Positions 29,825 to 40,183 are shown, numbered from the whole stretch's first letter. The stretch: 63,627 nt of DNA, filler included, from Candidatus Woesearchaeota archaeon (GCA_023266675.1; 5 parts of 5 records of this genome joined end to end with filler, not necessarily neighbours in it), one strand, 5' to 3'. The notes: generated from the sequence alone by a model not told the origin. Program-made: numbers and translations.

Positions 29825-30536
29825 AACTATAGAAATTATGCTTTTGACACTCATCCTATTTGCACTTGTAATACCTATCTCATTTGGAGGAATACCTGCA
29901 AATCCTAACATGACATATAATTACACTGAGACTGTGTCTCCAAAACCTGCAGCTTACTTAACCACGACAGGAGGAACATTCACAACATTAGTACTGAATA
30001 TATCTGCACAGGATTATAAATGGAAAGCATATGTAGGTAACGCAACCGGAAAACTTGCACTTCAGGATCAGACTAACTATTCAATATATGACTGGAGATT
30101 ATCAACTATATCAGGAAATGTGTTTGTTTCACGAAATAACAGTATAGACTGGAGCAATATATCCTGTGCTAACAGAACATTAATTGAAAATGAAGACACA
30201 TACCTAAACTTAAATTCAAGCCGAAGTGACAGCATAAATATGACATTTAACTCATCGCAGCATAAAAGGTTCTATGCTGCAAGTAAGTTAATTACAAATA
30301 GCACCTGTCCAGCAATATCAACTTATATAGGCGGAACATCTCAAAGTAACGGCGAAGCAAACAAATTCCAGGAAGTCTTATTAAAAGATACTGCAAACAA
30401 CATGTTATACACAACAATGCTTGAGAATTCAGTGATAGGATTTGATAATAACAGATATGACTTCCAGATGATAGTTGCCGAAGACGAGACGAAACAAACA
30501 GGAACCACATATTACTTCTATCTGGAGTTAATATGA
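29811..30536 (+). CDS. Secreted protein, paralog A of a triplicated family
   Basis: Signal peptide; WKAYVGN.TG, YDW, SRN.S..W..C, TCP, FQE.LL.D, GFD...YDFQMIV.E and TYYFYLEL. SD GAGGGTG. Confidence 0.85.
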   Translation: MKQDKTIEIMLLTLILFALVIPISFGGIPANPNMTYNYTETVSPKPAAYLTTTGGTFTTLVLNISAQDYKWKAYVGNATGKLALQDQTNYSIYDWRLSTISGNVFVSRNNSIDWSNISCANRTLIENEDTYLNLNSSRSDSINMTFNSSQHKRFYAASKLITNSTCPAISTYIGGTSQSNGEANKFQEVLLKDTANNMLYTTMLENSVIGFDNNRYDFQMIVAEDETKQTGTTYYFYLELI

Positions 30537-30841
30537 GAAGAGTATGCGAATATACAAGACTTTTTTTAATTGATAATTTAATAGATGGATATGTTAACAT
30601 AACTAAATGTATATATTTGTAGCATTATACGCACATCATTAGTTATCTTAAGAATATTCCCATACTTCTCCAATAAGATAAGGATAGAATCTTATTTAGA
30701 GTGGGTTATTAAAAGCAAAGTTATTGGATGTTAAGATGAATTAATAATGAGATATTATCTAAAAGAAAGATTAGTAAGATAGTTTAAAAAACGAATTCTG
30801 CAGTTTTAAGCCTTTAAACATACTATTTCAGTTATTAATTA

Positions 30842-31016
30842 AGTACTGTAATTGTATAATAATATATAATATAATAGATTATTAAATAAAGTAGATTTAT
30901 ATATAACTTAAATATTGAAATAATTATAATAATTAATAAGTATAAATACTGAAGTAAAATAATACAATAATAAAGTTAATAAAAAAGATAATTAGTATTG
31001 TAATAGTATAATAATA
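30842..31016. promoter_or_regulatory. Imperfect 23-bp direct repeats in a very AT-rich intergenic region (candidate operator sites)
   Basis: AGTACTGTAATTGTATAATAATA (30842-30864) and AGTATTGTAATAGTATAATAATA (30994-31016) match at 21 of 23 positions. Confidence 0.4.
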
Positions 31017-31143
31017 AATTTAAATTATAGTCATAAAATAATTAAATAAATTAATATTAGATTTACAGTAGTTTAGTTAAATTCGAAACATTTATATATC
31101 AGTTGTGTCAAGAATATCACAATATACGATTTTGTATACTAAA

Positions 31144-31800
31144 ATGGACCAAGAAACTTTGTTTACAGCCTCGAAATGGGAGATATTGAAAAGCCTTAGT
31201 AATGGGCAAAAGTCTCCTTTAGAACTTGCCAGAGAAACAAAAACATCTATCGCCAACATTTCTCAGCAATTAAGGATGCTAGAGCTTGCAAACATCGTGA
31301 AGAGTGTGAGGGTGGGGAATAGAGAAAGAGGGGAACCTCGGCTTCTTTATTCCCTTATAGGTCCATTGTCATATATAATATCGGCGTCTCCAAACTTTGC
31401 AGAAAAAAAGCAATTAATCCTGACGCAATACAATGAAATAATATTTAGGATATGGTTTGTAAAAGATGAAAATGCACAGTATTATCTTCAGAAATTCTTC
31501 TGGGAAATAGAATCCAAGCTTGATAAAATAGAGATGATAATTGTAAAAAGCGAGTATGCTAAACTAAGAATGATAATAATAAGCGAAGACGCAGAATTAA
31601 AAAAAGAGATAAAAAGTAAAGATATCAAAAAATCAAAGAATGAATCAAGAAGAATAGATGTTAGTGTTCTTACAAAAAACGGGTTTCAAATTTCTTTAAA
31701 ACAGGAAGAAGAGTTTTCAGTCAATGATGAATTAAATGTAATTTATGACCCACTAAATTTGTTTAGTAAAATAAAAAAAGAGATGGAGAAGAAAGTATGA
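31144..31800 (+). CDS. ArsR-like winged-HTH regulator with C-terminal alpha/beta domain
   Basis: KWEILKSL....SPLELA......IANISQQLR.LE...IV.....G.PR.LYSL. Start set at MDQETL. Confidence 0.8.
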   Translation: MDQETLFTASKWEILKSLSNGQKSPLELARETKTSIANISQQLRMLELANIVKSVRVGNRERGEPRLLYSLIGPLSYIISASPNFAEKKQLILTQYNEIIFRIWFVKDENAQYYLQKFFWEIESKLDKIEMIIVKSEYAKLRMIIISEDAELKKEIKSKDIKKSKNESRRIDVSVLTKNGFQISLKQEEEFSVNDELNVIYDPLNLFSKIKKEMEKKV

Positions 31801-31840
31801 AAAATTTGATATTCACAAAAATGTGTAAGGAGGTGAAAAA

Positions 31841-32569
31841 ATGAGAAAGGGATTAATAGCAGTAATATTGGTAGTATTATGTGCTTTGTCGTCAGTGGTA
31901 ATTTATGCTGCACCAAGTGGGCCAACAAGTATTGGATTAGGTGCATCAAGCAGGTATTCTGGGGAATCAAATGGAGCATTAGTAAATGCGTTAGCAGGAA
32001 ACGTTACGCAACTTGACATAAACGGAACATCAATAACCCAAGGCTGGCAAGGTTACTTTGGTAATGTTTTAGGAACAATAGTATTAGGAAACAATAATAA
32101 CAAAACATTATACGATTGGAGTTTACTAGCGCCAAGTGGACAAGTTTATGCATCAAGAAACAGCTCCGTAAGTTGGACAACATTGAATTGTTCAAACCAA
32201 ACTGTAATGCAAAACGTTATAGCTGCAGAAGAAGCTGCTTTAAACTTTCCGGTAACAGCAAAGGATGGTATAAACGAAACGTTTACCTCAACAAGTTATC
32301 CAAGTTTTTTTGTTGGAAGTTTGAATATAACAGCAAACACTTGTTATAACACGAATCTGCATAACAGCTCAGGACAAAAAGATGCAACAAGATGGTATGA
32401 AATATTGTTAAGAGATAGTTCAAACGGACTTGTGTATACTTCATTACTAGAAAACAATGGAGTAGGATTTGATGGCAGCAGCTACGACTTTCAGATGATA
32501 GTCGCAGAAGATGGACACAATGGAGACACGTCAACAACGCCATACTACTTTTGGATAGAGCTACAGTAA
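31841..32569 (+). CDS. Secreted protein, paralog B (candidate major subunit)
   Basis: Strong SD AGGAGGTGA; signal peptide; WQGYFGN..G, LYDW, GFDG..YDFQMIVAEDGH...YYFWIELQ. Confidence 0.88.
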   Translation: MRKGLIAVILVVLCALSSVVIYAAPSGPTSIGLGASSRYSGESNGALVNALAGNVTQLDINGTSITQGWQGYFGNVLGTIVLGNNNNKTLYDWSLLAPSGQVYASRNSSVSWTTLNCSNQTVMQNVIAAEEAALNFPVTAKDGINETFTSTSYPSFFVGSLNITANTCYNTNLHNSSGQKDATRWYEILLRDSSNGLVYTSLLENNGVGFDGSSYDFQMIVAEDGHNGDTSTTPYYFWIELQ

Positions 32570-32580
32570 ATGTAAAAAAT

Positions 32581-32600
32581 GTTTTTTATTTTTTTATTTT
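32581..32600 (+). terminator. Oligo-T archaeal terminator candidate
   Basis: GTTTTTTATTTTTTTATTTT just after the stop codon of 31841-32569. Confidence 0.55.
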
Positions 32601-32664
32601 AAATTATTATTGGATAAGGAGAGTAAAGAGATACAGAAAATATAAAAAAATGTAAAGGAATAAA

Positions 32665-33405
32665 ATGGCAAATAAAAAAAATACACACATCAAAATGTTA
32701 ATATTAAGCTTAGCCTTGATAGTGATATTTTTAAGTGTAGAAGTTGTATCTGTACCTGTTGGGCCGACAATAACTTATGTCAAAAATGAAACATCTCCAA
32801 ATGCTGGTTTGGCAACAGCAAGGTCTGGTGACAGAGGAGGTTATATTACTACGGTGAATCTTAACGCTGCACAGCAAAACTATGCTTGGAAGGCGTATGT
32901 AGGAAATGTAACAGGTATAATGGTATTGGAAAATGCATTAAATTATTCAATATATGAATGGCCAGTATCACTTGGAAGCAGTCAGGAAGTGTATATATCA
33001 AGAAATAATTCAGTAATTTGGGCTTCTGTAAGCTGTTCAAACAGAAGCATTATACAAGCCGAAGACACATTTTTAAGTCTTAACTCATCACAGTCAAACA
33101 GTATAAACAGAACATTTAATGTCAGTACACATAGGAGTTTTAGTGTAGGTGCAGTACCTATATCAAACAGTACATGTCCTGCAATATCAACATTTTTAAA
33201 TGATGCCGCACAAAGCAGCGGTGAAGCAAATAAGTTCCAGGAGGTATTATTAAAAGACAGTACGTCAAATTTGATATATGCTTCACTGGTAGATCAAGAC
33301 CAGGCTGGATTTGATAATAGCTTGTATGACTTTCAAGCGATAGTTGGAGAAAATGAGGTAAGTGGAATACCGACTACATATTATTTCTATGTAGAATTAG
33401 GATAA
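32665..33405 (+). CDS. Secreted protein, paralog C
   Basis: Signal peptide; WKAYVGNVTG, NSTCPAISTF, GEANKFQEVLLKD, GFDN..YDFQ.IV.E and TYYFYVELG. Confidence 0.85.
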   Translation: MANKKNTHIKMLILSLALIVIFLSVEVVSVPVGPTITYVKNETSPNAGLATARSGDRGGYITTVNLNAAQQNYAWKAYVGNVTGIMVLENALNYSIYEWPVSLGSSQEVYISRNNSVIWASVSCSNRSIIQAEDTFLSLNSSQSNSINRTFNVSTHRSFSVGAVPISNSTCPAISTFLNDAAQSSGEANKFQEVLLKDSTSNLIYASLVDQDQAGFDNSLYDFQAIVGENEVSGIPTTYYFYVELG

Positions 33406-33536
33406 ATTCCTAGTCTAATTATTTATTATTTTTTTTATATTGATTAGTGTGTTTATAAAGATAAAACATGATATTAGCAGTAAAAAACAAAAAGTTATAT
33501 AAACAACTTCTTGCATAATTTAATTTTGGTGGGTGA

Positions 33537-35210
33537 ATGAAGAGTAAACTGTTAATTAATATTATATTTTTACTTGTTTTATCTGGTATAGCTAGCGCTG
33601 CAATAGAACAGGATAATGTTATAATAAATTCAAAAGAATGGAAAGATGTTTACTCATCAATGGTCTTTGCCAATCTTAATGGAAAAAAGTCTAGTTTCAT
33701 TTTATCAGCAAATTATGCCACTATTATTCTAAATAATATACCTAAAGGAGCTTCTGTACTTGCTATAAGCTCGAGAGGTTCACCATATATTAAGGGGTAT
33801 AAGACTATAATGGATTCAAATGGGTATCAAGGAGCAGAAATTGTAGTGGATAACGCTAATCTTGAACTTGCAACACGTCTTGATACAAGTATTACAAAGT
33901 TTATTATTATTGATGACAAATATGGATATAACGCAATTTCTGTGGCATCATATGCCGCTGTTAGCAAGTCTTATGTCCTTTTTGCAAATTCAGTAAATAT
34001 TAATGAAATAGTAAATTATCTTAATGGAAGAAAAATTGATAACATCATAATATTTGGGCAAGTTGATAGAGCAGTAAAAGATGCGCTTTCAACATTTAAT
34101 CCCGAAACTATCAATAAAGGAGACAGATTTGATAATAATCTTGCTATTACTGACAAATACCTTTTATATAAAGATGTGCATCAAGCAATTATGACTAATG
34201 GAGAATTTATTGAAGAATCGATAATGAATGGTGATAATCCAGTAATATTTATTGGAAAAAGCAATGTTCCTGACTCAGTAAAAGAATATATTAAGAAAAG
34301 TAATTTTCAAGTAGCTGTTCTTATTGGAAATGAACTTGTAGGGCCTGCGACTTCAATTAAAAGACAGCTTGGTATCAGTGTTTTTGTAAAATTTGCGCAG
34401 GGGGCAAGAAATCCTGCGGGTTCAATTGCCACAGTTGAGGATTTGGATAAATTTCCTATGCCAAAATATCAGGTTTCCATAAGTATTGCGGATATAAAGT
34501 ACAATACTGCAACAAAACAGCTTGAAGTAACGTATCAAAATGATCAGGACCTTGCAGCGTATATTTTACCTACATTAACTGTGAAGTTTGATAATGAAGA
34601 GCATATTGTTGATACAGGAGAAGAACCTTTCTTTTTAGATGGAAGAGAGGTAAGAACAATTCCATACTCATTTAATTTCACAAATGGTATTCCTGAAAAC
34701 GCTAATGTAACTCTTTATGTTCTTTTTGGTGAAGCTCCGAAGTCTTTGGAATTTGCTTATCAAGGAGAAAGAGAATTAAGTTTTGTGAATGTTATTGATG
34801 ATTCAGAGATACAAATCATTGGAGTGGTTTATGATAAAAGCAAGAAAAGATTCGAAGTTGAGATTGAGAATACAAAAGATATAGATACTTATGTTAGCGG
34901 CGAAGTGACAAATTTGCTGGTTAATGGAGAATACAAGAATTATGGTTCAGACACTATAACTCATTTATTACCTTTAAAAAAGGCAACAATTTATGTAAAA
35001 AGCCCTGATTTTGAAGAGGCGGATTTTGGCACCAATGAGATTATTAATGTTAGGATGTTTTATGGTCAGCGAGAAAGAAGTTTAATTAAAATTGTTGCAG
35101 GTGAATATAAATTTGTTTTGGCCAAAGGACAGTACTTGGTATATGGAATAATTGTGATACTCTTGATAATAATGATTTTATTGTTTGTATTAGGAAAAAA
35201 GAAACGATAA
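33537..35210 (+). CDS. Secreted, C-terminally membrane-anchored protein with cell-wall-binding-2-like repeats and beta-rich domains
   Basis: Signal peptide; three alpha/beta repeats (IIIFG.V...V...L...GDRFDNN; TNGEF.E...P...IG...VP..V..Y); TM plus KKKR. Confidence 0.7.
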   Translation: MKSKLLINIIFLLVLSGIASAAIEQDNVIINSKEWKDVYSSMVFANLNGKKSSFILSANYATIILNNIPKGASVLAISSRGSPYIKGYKTIMDSNGYQGAEIVVDNANLELATRLDTSITKFIIIDDKYGYNAISVASYAAVSKSYVLFANSVNINEIVNYLNGRKIDNIIIFGQVDRAVKDALSTFNPETINKGDRFDNNLAITDKYLLYKDVHQAIMTNGEFIEESIMNGDNPVIFIGKSNVPDSVKEYIKKSNFQVAVLIGNELVGPATSIKRQLGISVFVKFAQGARNPAGSIATVEDLDKFPMPKYQVSISIADIKYNTATKQLEVTYQNDQDLAAYILPTLTVKFDNEEHIVDTGEEPFFLDGREVRTIPYSFNFTNGIPENANVTLYVLFGEAPKSLEFAYQGERELSFVNVIDDSEIQIIGVVYDKSKKRFEVEIENTKDIDTYVSGEVTNLLVNGEYKNYGSDTITHLLPLKKATIYVKSPDFEEADFGTNEIINVRMFYGQRERSLIKIVAGEYKFVLAKGQYLVYGIIVILLIIMILLFVLGKKKR

Positions 35211-35297
35211 AATAGTTTTATTTTTTATAGAGGGAGTTGAATTGTCTTTATTTTTTGCAACACAAAGAAATGTTTTGCATTTCTTAGATACTCATGA

Positions 35298-35397
35298 NNN
35301 NNNNNNNNNNNNNNNNNNNNNNNNNNNNNNNNNNNNNNNNNTTAATTAATTAANNNNNNNNNNNNNNNNNNNNNNNNNNNNNNNNNNNNNNNNNNNN
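35298..35397. other. Artificial contig linker
   Basis: N44-TTAATTAATTAA-N44. Confidence 0.98.
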
Positions 35398-36003
35398 AAG
35401 GCTTCTCCATTTACTACAAAAAATGTTGTCTTCACTCACTAGTTCGCCGTCAACAATCTGGATGTCAAAAGCCATCTTTCGTATTTTGCCTTCATTTTTA
35501 TATTCTTTAGACATCTCTGAAACTGCTTTTAGCGCTTTTTTGGACACTCGAAGAAACCCTGTTCCTACAGACTCAACTTCCATAAGCCCGTTTTCGTCTA
35601 TGTTTATCCCTGTTTTAAGAGCCTTGACATTAAACATTGGAACGTCTGATTTTTTTGGAACAACGCCACCAACAACATCAACGTCATAATCTAATAATTT
35701 GAATATCCATGAAGGTTCCCACTCCTGGTCGCTATCCATGAAAATCAAGTCGTCACATTCAGACTCTAAAGCTATTGCTATCAGGTCATTTCTGGCCCGC
35801 TGAATCAACGCGTCATGGCAGATTTGGATAGGAATAATCTCTACTCCAAGTGTTAATCCAAGTTTTACCGTTTCTATCATTGAATACATGAAAAAACAGT
35901 CAACTTTGCCGTCATAAGAAGGCGTTCCGATGATTACTCTTCGTGTATTAGGGATAGTTTTGGATTTTGTTTCATTATTGCTTGTTTTGTGTGTTTTTAT
36001 CAT
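35398..36003 (-). CDS. GT-A-fold glycosyltransferase-like protein, truncated by contig end
   Basis: IGTPSY, I.RARN.L, LIFMDSD (DxD), VGTGFL.V and SED..FC..W. Confidence 0.8.
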
Positions 36004-36220
36004 GGTAGTTACAATCTTATTTCTTTAGATTATTTATTTGAAGAATATAATTTATGTTTAATAAATTAATCATCCAAGCAATGCTAGTCAGTCAATATTT
36101 ATATTTAAAACTTTGGTTAATGACTTCAAAAGTATTAATTGTGGGAGTATGAGTTTTAAATAGTATATGAATAAAATGGAAAACTTTAAATAAAAAATAC
36201 TACTTTAAAGTTAATATAAA

Positions 36221-36730
36221 ATGGACAAAGTATTCTCTCATGGAAAAGAATTGATAGATATAATTGAAAGTCAACACTGGCAGATTTATCAGGTGCCAAA
36301 TGACCCTTCAAAGATAATTGTAGGGGTTGACGAGCTGACAAAAAACGATCCTGCAAAAGAGATAGATAGTACCAGCAGCTACATGTTTATCCCAAGACCT
36401 CTAAACGGTGAAACTATTAAGTTCGCTTATATTACAAGATATGGTTATGGTCCATCATTAGTATTAGACGAAAACAAGCAACCGATAGATAAAACAATAA
36501 TTGGGAACCCGGATTCTAAACAGCTTATGTTTTTTAATAGACTATATTTTAAAGATGAATTTATTATAATTAGTAACTTAAACAACCCTGCTCGCCCAAC
36601 ACTAAATACATATGCTATACACGAAGAATTTGCTCTTGAGGTATTTAGATGTTCTTTTAGAGTTTTTACAATTGACGAACTTGTTTCAAATGGTGATGAT
36701 ATAGTTGTAAACAAAAGAAGATACCATTGA
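36221..36730 (+). CDS. Hypothetical protein
   Basis: 169-aa ORF with TTTAAATA box upstream. Confidence 0.65.
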   Translation: MDKVFSHGKELIDIIESQHWQIYQVPNDPSKIIVGVDELTKNDPAKEIDSTSSYMFIPRPLNGETIKFAYITRYGYGPSLVLDENKQPIDKTIIGNPDSKQLMFFNRLYFKDEFIIISNLNNPARPTLNTYAIHEEFALEVFRCSFRVFTIDELVSNGDDIVVNKRRYH

Positions 36731-36781
36731 GTCTTCTAATCAACGCATAGATTTATAAAAAAAGCTTCATTTTTAACTGTT

Positions 36782-37354
36782 ATGATAGACAAAAAAGAAT
36801 TTCAGGTTATGGCGTCAGAGATGTCAAACTTTGATGCTAAACGAGAAGTAATAATCAAGAATTCAAGGGATATTTTGAAGATGAGTAAGCAGGCGGTTTA
36901 TGATATCCATAGAGATGACTTAAATTATGCCAAGAAAAAAATTGATGACGCTGAGAATGAGATTAAGACACTCAGAAAAAGCATTTCAGAAACTCAAGGA
37001 CTTGATGTTGTCGGCGCATTCTACGACGCTGTTGAAGAGTGGGTTGAAGCAAAAACTTATTACGAGTTTGTGAAGAAAGGAAAAGTTTTGTCAAAAAAAG
37101 ACCTTGGTGTTGACACAGAAACATACCTTGGCGGACTCTCAGACCTGACAGGGGAATTGACACGGCGTGCAGTCATAAAAGCAACACTTGGAAAAAAGGA
37201 TGAAGTCAAAAAAATCAGGGATATTATTGATGAGATTCATGGTCAATTCCTAAAGTTTGATTTTAGAAACGGAGAACTCCGGAAAAAAGCAGACTCAATA
37301 AAATGGAATCTTAAAAAAGTTGAAGAAGTATTCTACGATTTGCAGAAAAGATAA
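36782..37354 (+). CDS. Translin/TRAX-family protein
   Basis: RE.IIK.SR.I...SK.A...IHR, EE.VEA, YLGGL.DLTGEL.R and LRKK.D. Confidence 0.9.
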   Translation: MIDKKEFQVMASEMSNFDAKREVIIKNSRDILKMSKQAVYDIHRDDLNYAKKKIDDAENEIKTLRKSISETQGLDVVGAFYDAVEEWVEAKTYYEFVKKGKVLSKKDLGVDTETYLGGLSDLTGELTRRAVIKATLGKKDEVKKIRDIIDEIHGQFLKFDFRNGELRKKADSIKWNLKKVEEVFYDLQKR

Positions 37355-37375
37355 TTTAAGAAAGTGAGTGATAAC

Positions 37376-38335
37376 ATGTCAACAATTGAAAAAGCGGTTA
37401 AGATAATATTTCAAAAATGTGTTCCTTTAAAGAAGTCTGAAAGCTGCCTTATAATTACTGATGAAAACAAGTTTTCCATTGGAAAAATGCTTTTCTTTGA
37501 AGCGCTAAAAATTTCAAAGAAGGTTGAGCTTCTTGAAATACCAATTGGAAAGATGCACGGAGAGGAGCCACCAAGAATTATCGCAGATAGAATGTTAAAA
37601 TATGACGTGATAATCTGCCCGACGACAAAATCATTGACGCACACAAACGCTGTGATTAAGGCAAGAAAAAACGGCGCAAAAGTTGCAACGCTTCCAGGCA
37701 TTACTGAGGAAGTTCTAAAAAGATGCATTGACGTTGACTATGTCGAAATGAAAAGATTGACCAACAAAATTGCCGACACGCTAGACAAAGGAAAAAGTGT
37801 TTTACTCACGACAAAAAGCGGGACAAAATTATCAATGGAAATCAGCGGTGTAAAGGCTCATGGACGCGAATGCGGCATGATAACAAAGAAAGGCGAGCTT
37901 ACAAATCTTCCTGAAGCAGAATGCTACCTTGCGCCATTATACGGAAAAACAAACGGAGTCTATGTTGTTGACGCATCGCAATCTGGTGTTGGAAAACTAA
38001 AAACCCCGATAAAAATAACCGTTGAAAACGGATTTGCAACAAAGATTGAAGGCGGCAATGACGCCATAAAGTTTGGGAAGATTCTTAAGAGTGTAAATAA
38101 CAAAAATGCATACAACATCGCAGAGTTTGGAATTGGAACAAATAAAAATGCAAAAATTACTGGTGTGATTCTTGAGGATGAGAAAGTCTACGGCACATGC
38201 CACATTGCACTAGGAAAGAATGATTCCTTTGGCGGGCGCGTGAATGTTCCAATACACGTTGACGGAGTAATCAATAAGCCAACAATAATTGTTGACGGAA
38301 AAGTTCTGATGAAAGACGGAAAAATTATAAGTTAA
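37376..38335 (+). CDS. Peptidase M29 (thermophilic metallo-aminopeptidase)
   Basis: GEEPP, SLTHT.A, NLP..E...AP, AEFGIGTN, EDEK..GTCHIALG and HVDG. Confidence 0.9.
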   Translation: MSTIEKAVKIIFQKCVPLKKSESCLIITDENKFSIGKMLFFEALKISKKVELLEIPIGKMHGEEPPRIIADRMLKYDVIICPTTKSLTHTNAVIKARKNGAKVATLPGITEEVLKRCIDVDYVEMKRLTNKIADTLDKGKSVLLTTKSGTKLSMEISGVKAHGRECGMITKKGELTNLPEAECYLAPLYGKTNGVYVVDASQSGVGKLKTPIKITVENGFATKIEGGNDAIKFGKILKSVNNKNAYNIAEFGIGTNKNAKITGVILEDEKVYGTCHIALGKNDSFGGRVNVPIHVDGVINKPTIIVDGKVLMKDGKIIS

Positions 38336-38351
38336 ATTATTCTGATGATAT

Positions 38352-38966
38352 TTATCTAAATTTCCCTGGATGAACATGAATCATTGCTTCGTCAGTCATG
38401 AATTTATAAATTAAAGGCGCTGCATCTGGATTACAGGAAGGAAGCTGATTTCTTTTAATATCAAAATCATAATATATTTCTTTACCATCAAATTCCCCAC
38501 ATTCCTCGCCAAAAGGTGCAGGATAAAAAGTATTAGTATGACCATCACGAGTAAAATCCTGAACTACTAAGAAGTATCTATCTAAATCAGCAAATTCACC
38601 TGCGTTGACAAATGCTTCAATTCCTTTAGCTTCATTTATATGTATTTTTACACCGACAATTAATTCAGAAACTGTTTTTCCATCGCTTTTATACGTTTCA
38701 CATTTTTGCGCATACATTTCAGCATAATCTCTTAATGTCTCTGAAGTTTTTGAATGGTATGGTTCTCTTGTTGCGAGAAATAAATCTAATTCAAGATGAC
38801 CAAGAGCATAAGATATATTTGATGTCCCTCTTCCAAGAAAATTAAGTAGATGATTTGGTACATCTTGCAGTTTATGTTGTGAATATATATCCAGCGCCCA
38901 AAGTAATCTATTTGAAGACTCTATCTTTCTTTTATACTCTTGTGACCTTTCAAAAAGAGGTTTCAT
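38352..38966 (-). CDS. Hypothetical protein
   Basis: 204-aa ORF; no recognised motif. Confidence 0.65.
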   Translation of the reverse strand: MKPLFERSQEYKRKIESSNRLLWALDIYSQHKLQDVPNHLLNFLGRGTSNISYALGHLELDLFLATREPYHSKTSETLRDYAEMYAQKCETYKSDGKTVSELIVGVKIHINEAKGIEAFVNAGEFADLDRYFLVVQDFTRDGHTNTFYPAPFGEECGEFDGKEIYYDFDIKRNQLPSCNPDAAPLIYKFMTDEAMIHVHPGKFR

Positions 38967-39071
38967 AATGAGAGAATAATTAAAGGGTTTTTAAATTTTA
39001 TTAAGTTATTTACTATATAGTGATGATATTATTTCAGAAGTCTTTTTAATTTAGTTATAAATACAAAATAT

Positions 39072-39839
39072 ATGAGAAGAATTTTTATAAAAGCAATAAG
39101 TTTATTTATGATACTTCTCTTCATAACTGGTTGCCAGAACAAAATTGAAAATAAAAATAATAGTGTAATAACTGAAGGTGAAAATATGCACGGATACAAA
39201 ATCAACGATGATTCAATGCTTTACTGGCTTGGCCACGACGGATTTAAAATAAAAACAAATGATAAAATAATTTATATTGACCCATTTGATATAAATGAGT
39301 CTGAAACTGCAGATATAGTATTGATTACGCATGCTCATTTTGATCACTGCTCAATAAAAGACCTGCAAAAGATAGTTGGCGACAAAACAACAATTCTTGC
39401 AACAGCTGATTGCACTTCTTCTTTTGCGGGAAAGATTGGTGGAAAAATGCAACTTGTAGCACCAAACAAGAAATTCAATGTCCAGGGAATAGAAATAGAA
39501 ACGGTGCCTGCTTATAACGTAAACAAGTTTCGCTCGCCAGGAGTTGTTTTTCACCCAAAAGAAAATGAGTGGGTTGGATATATAATTAATGTTTCAGGAA
39601 CAAGAGTTTACCATAGCGGCGACACAGACTTTATACCTGAAATGAAAAACATTAAAACCGACATTGCGCTTCTTCCTGTCAGCGGAACATATGTGATGAC
39701 GCCAAACGAAGCTGCAGAAGCATGCTCTGCAATCAACCCTAAAGTTGCAATACCAATGCATTACAACAAGATAGTTGGAACAATAGAATCAGCTGAGGAA
39801 TTTAAGCGACTTTCCAAATGCAAAGTTGAGATTATTTGA
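39072..39839 (+). CDS. Metallo-beta-lactamase-fold hydrolase
   Basis: WLGH.GF, IDP, THAHFDH, YHSGDT and AIPMHY. Alternative start ATG 39186 has a GGTGA SD. Confidence 0.92.
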   Translation: MRRIFIKAISLFMILLFITGCQNKIENKNNSVITEGENMHGYKINDDSMLYWLGHDGFKIKTNDKIIYIDPFDINESETADIVLITHAHFDHCSIKDLQKIVGDKTTILATADCTSSFAGKIGGKMQLVAPNKKFNVQGIEIETVPAYNVNKFRSPGVVFHPKENEWVGYIINVSGTRVYHSGDTDFIPEMKNIKTDIALLPVSGTYVMTPNEAAEACSAINPKVAIPMHYNKIVGTIESAEEFKRLSKCKVEII

Positions 39840-39865
39840 TTAATGAAGGCATCAGAAAAGATTGA

Positions 39866-40120
39866 TTACTTTCTGCGCCTAAGTGATGCGCCTAATTCAT
39901 CAGAAAACCCTGTATTTATGAGATTATGCATATTCATCTTTTCTATGGATGTATAATAATTATCAGTGATAAATCCAAAAGATATAGCGATTTTTCTTAA
40001 CTTTTCATTTTTATCTGAATCCTTCTTTTGTTTATCGGATTTTTTACCAGATATTTCAATCCCGATTAATTCTTCAATTGAATTTCCAGAACCATAAGTG
40101 CTTGCAGATTTCGCTTCCAT
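39866..40120 (-). CDS. Hypothetical protein
   Basis: 84-aa ORF with TATATAAG box upstream. Confidence 0.5.
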   Translation of the reverse strand: MEAKSASTYGSGNSIEELIGIEISGKKSDKQKKDSDKNEKLRKIAISFGFITDNYYTSIEKMNMHNLINTGFSDELGASLRRRK

Positions 40121-40183
40121 AATAAAAGGTATGTGCCGATAGCTTATATACTGGTGCTTTAGTCAAAAAAATGTGCTGTTAAT

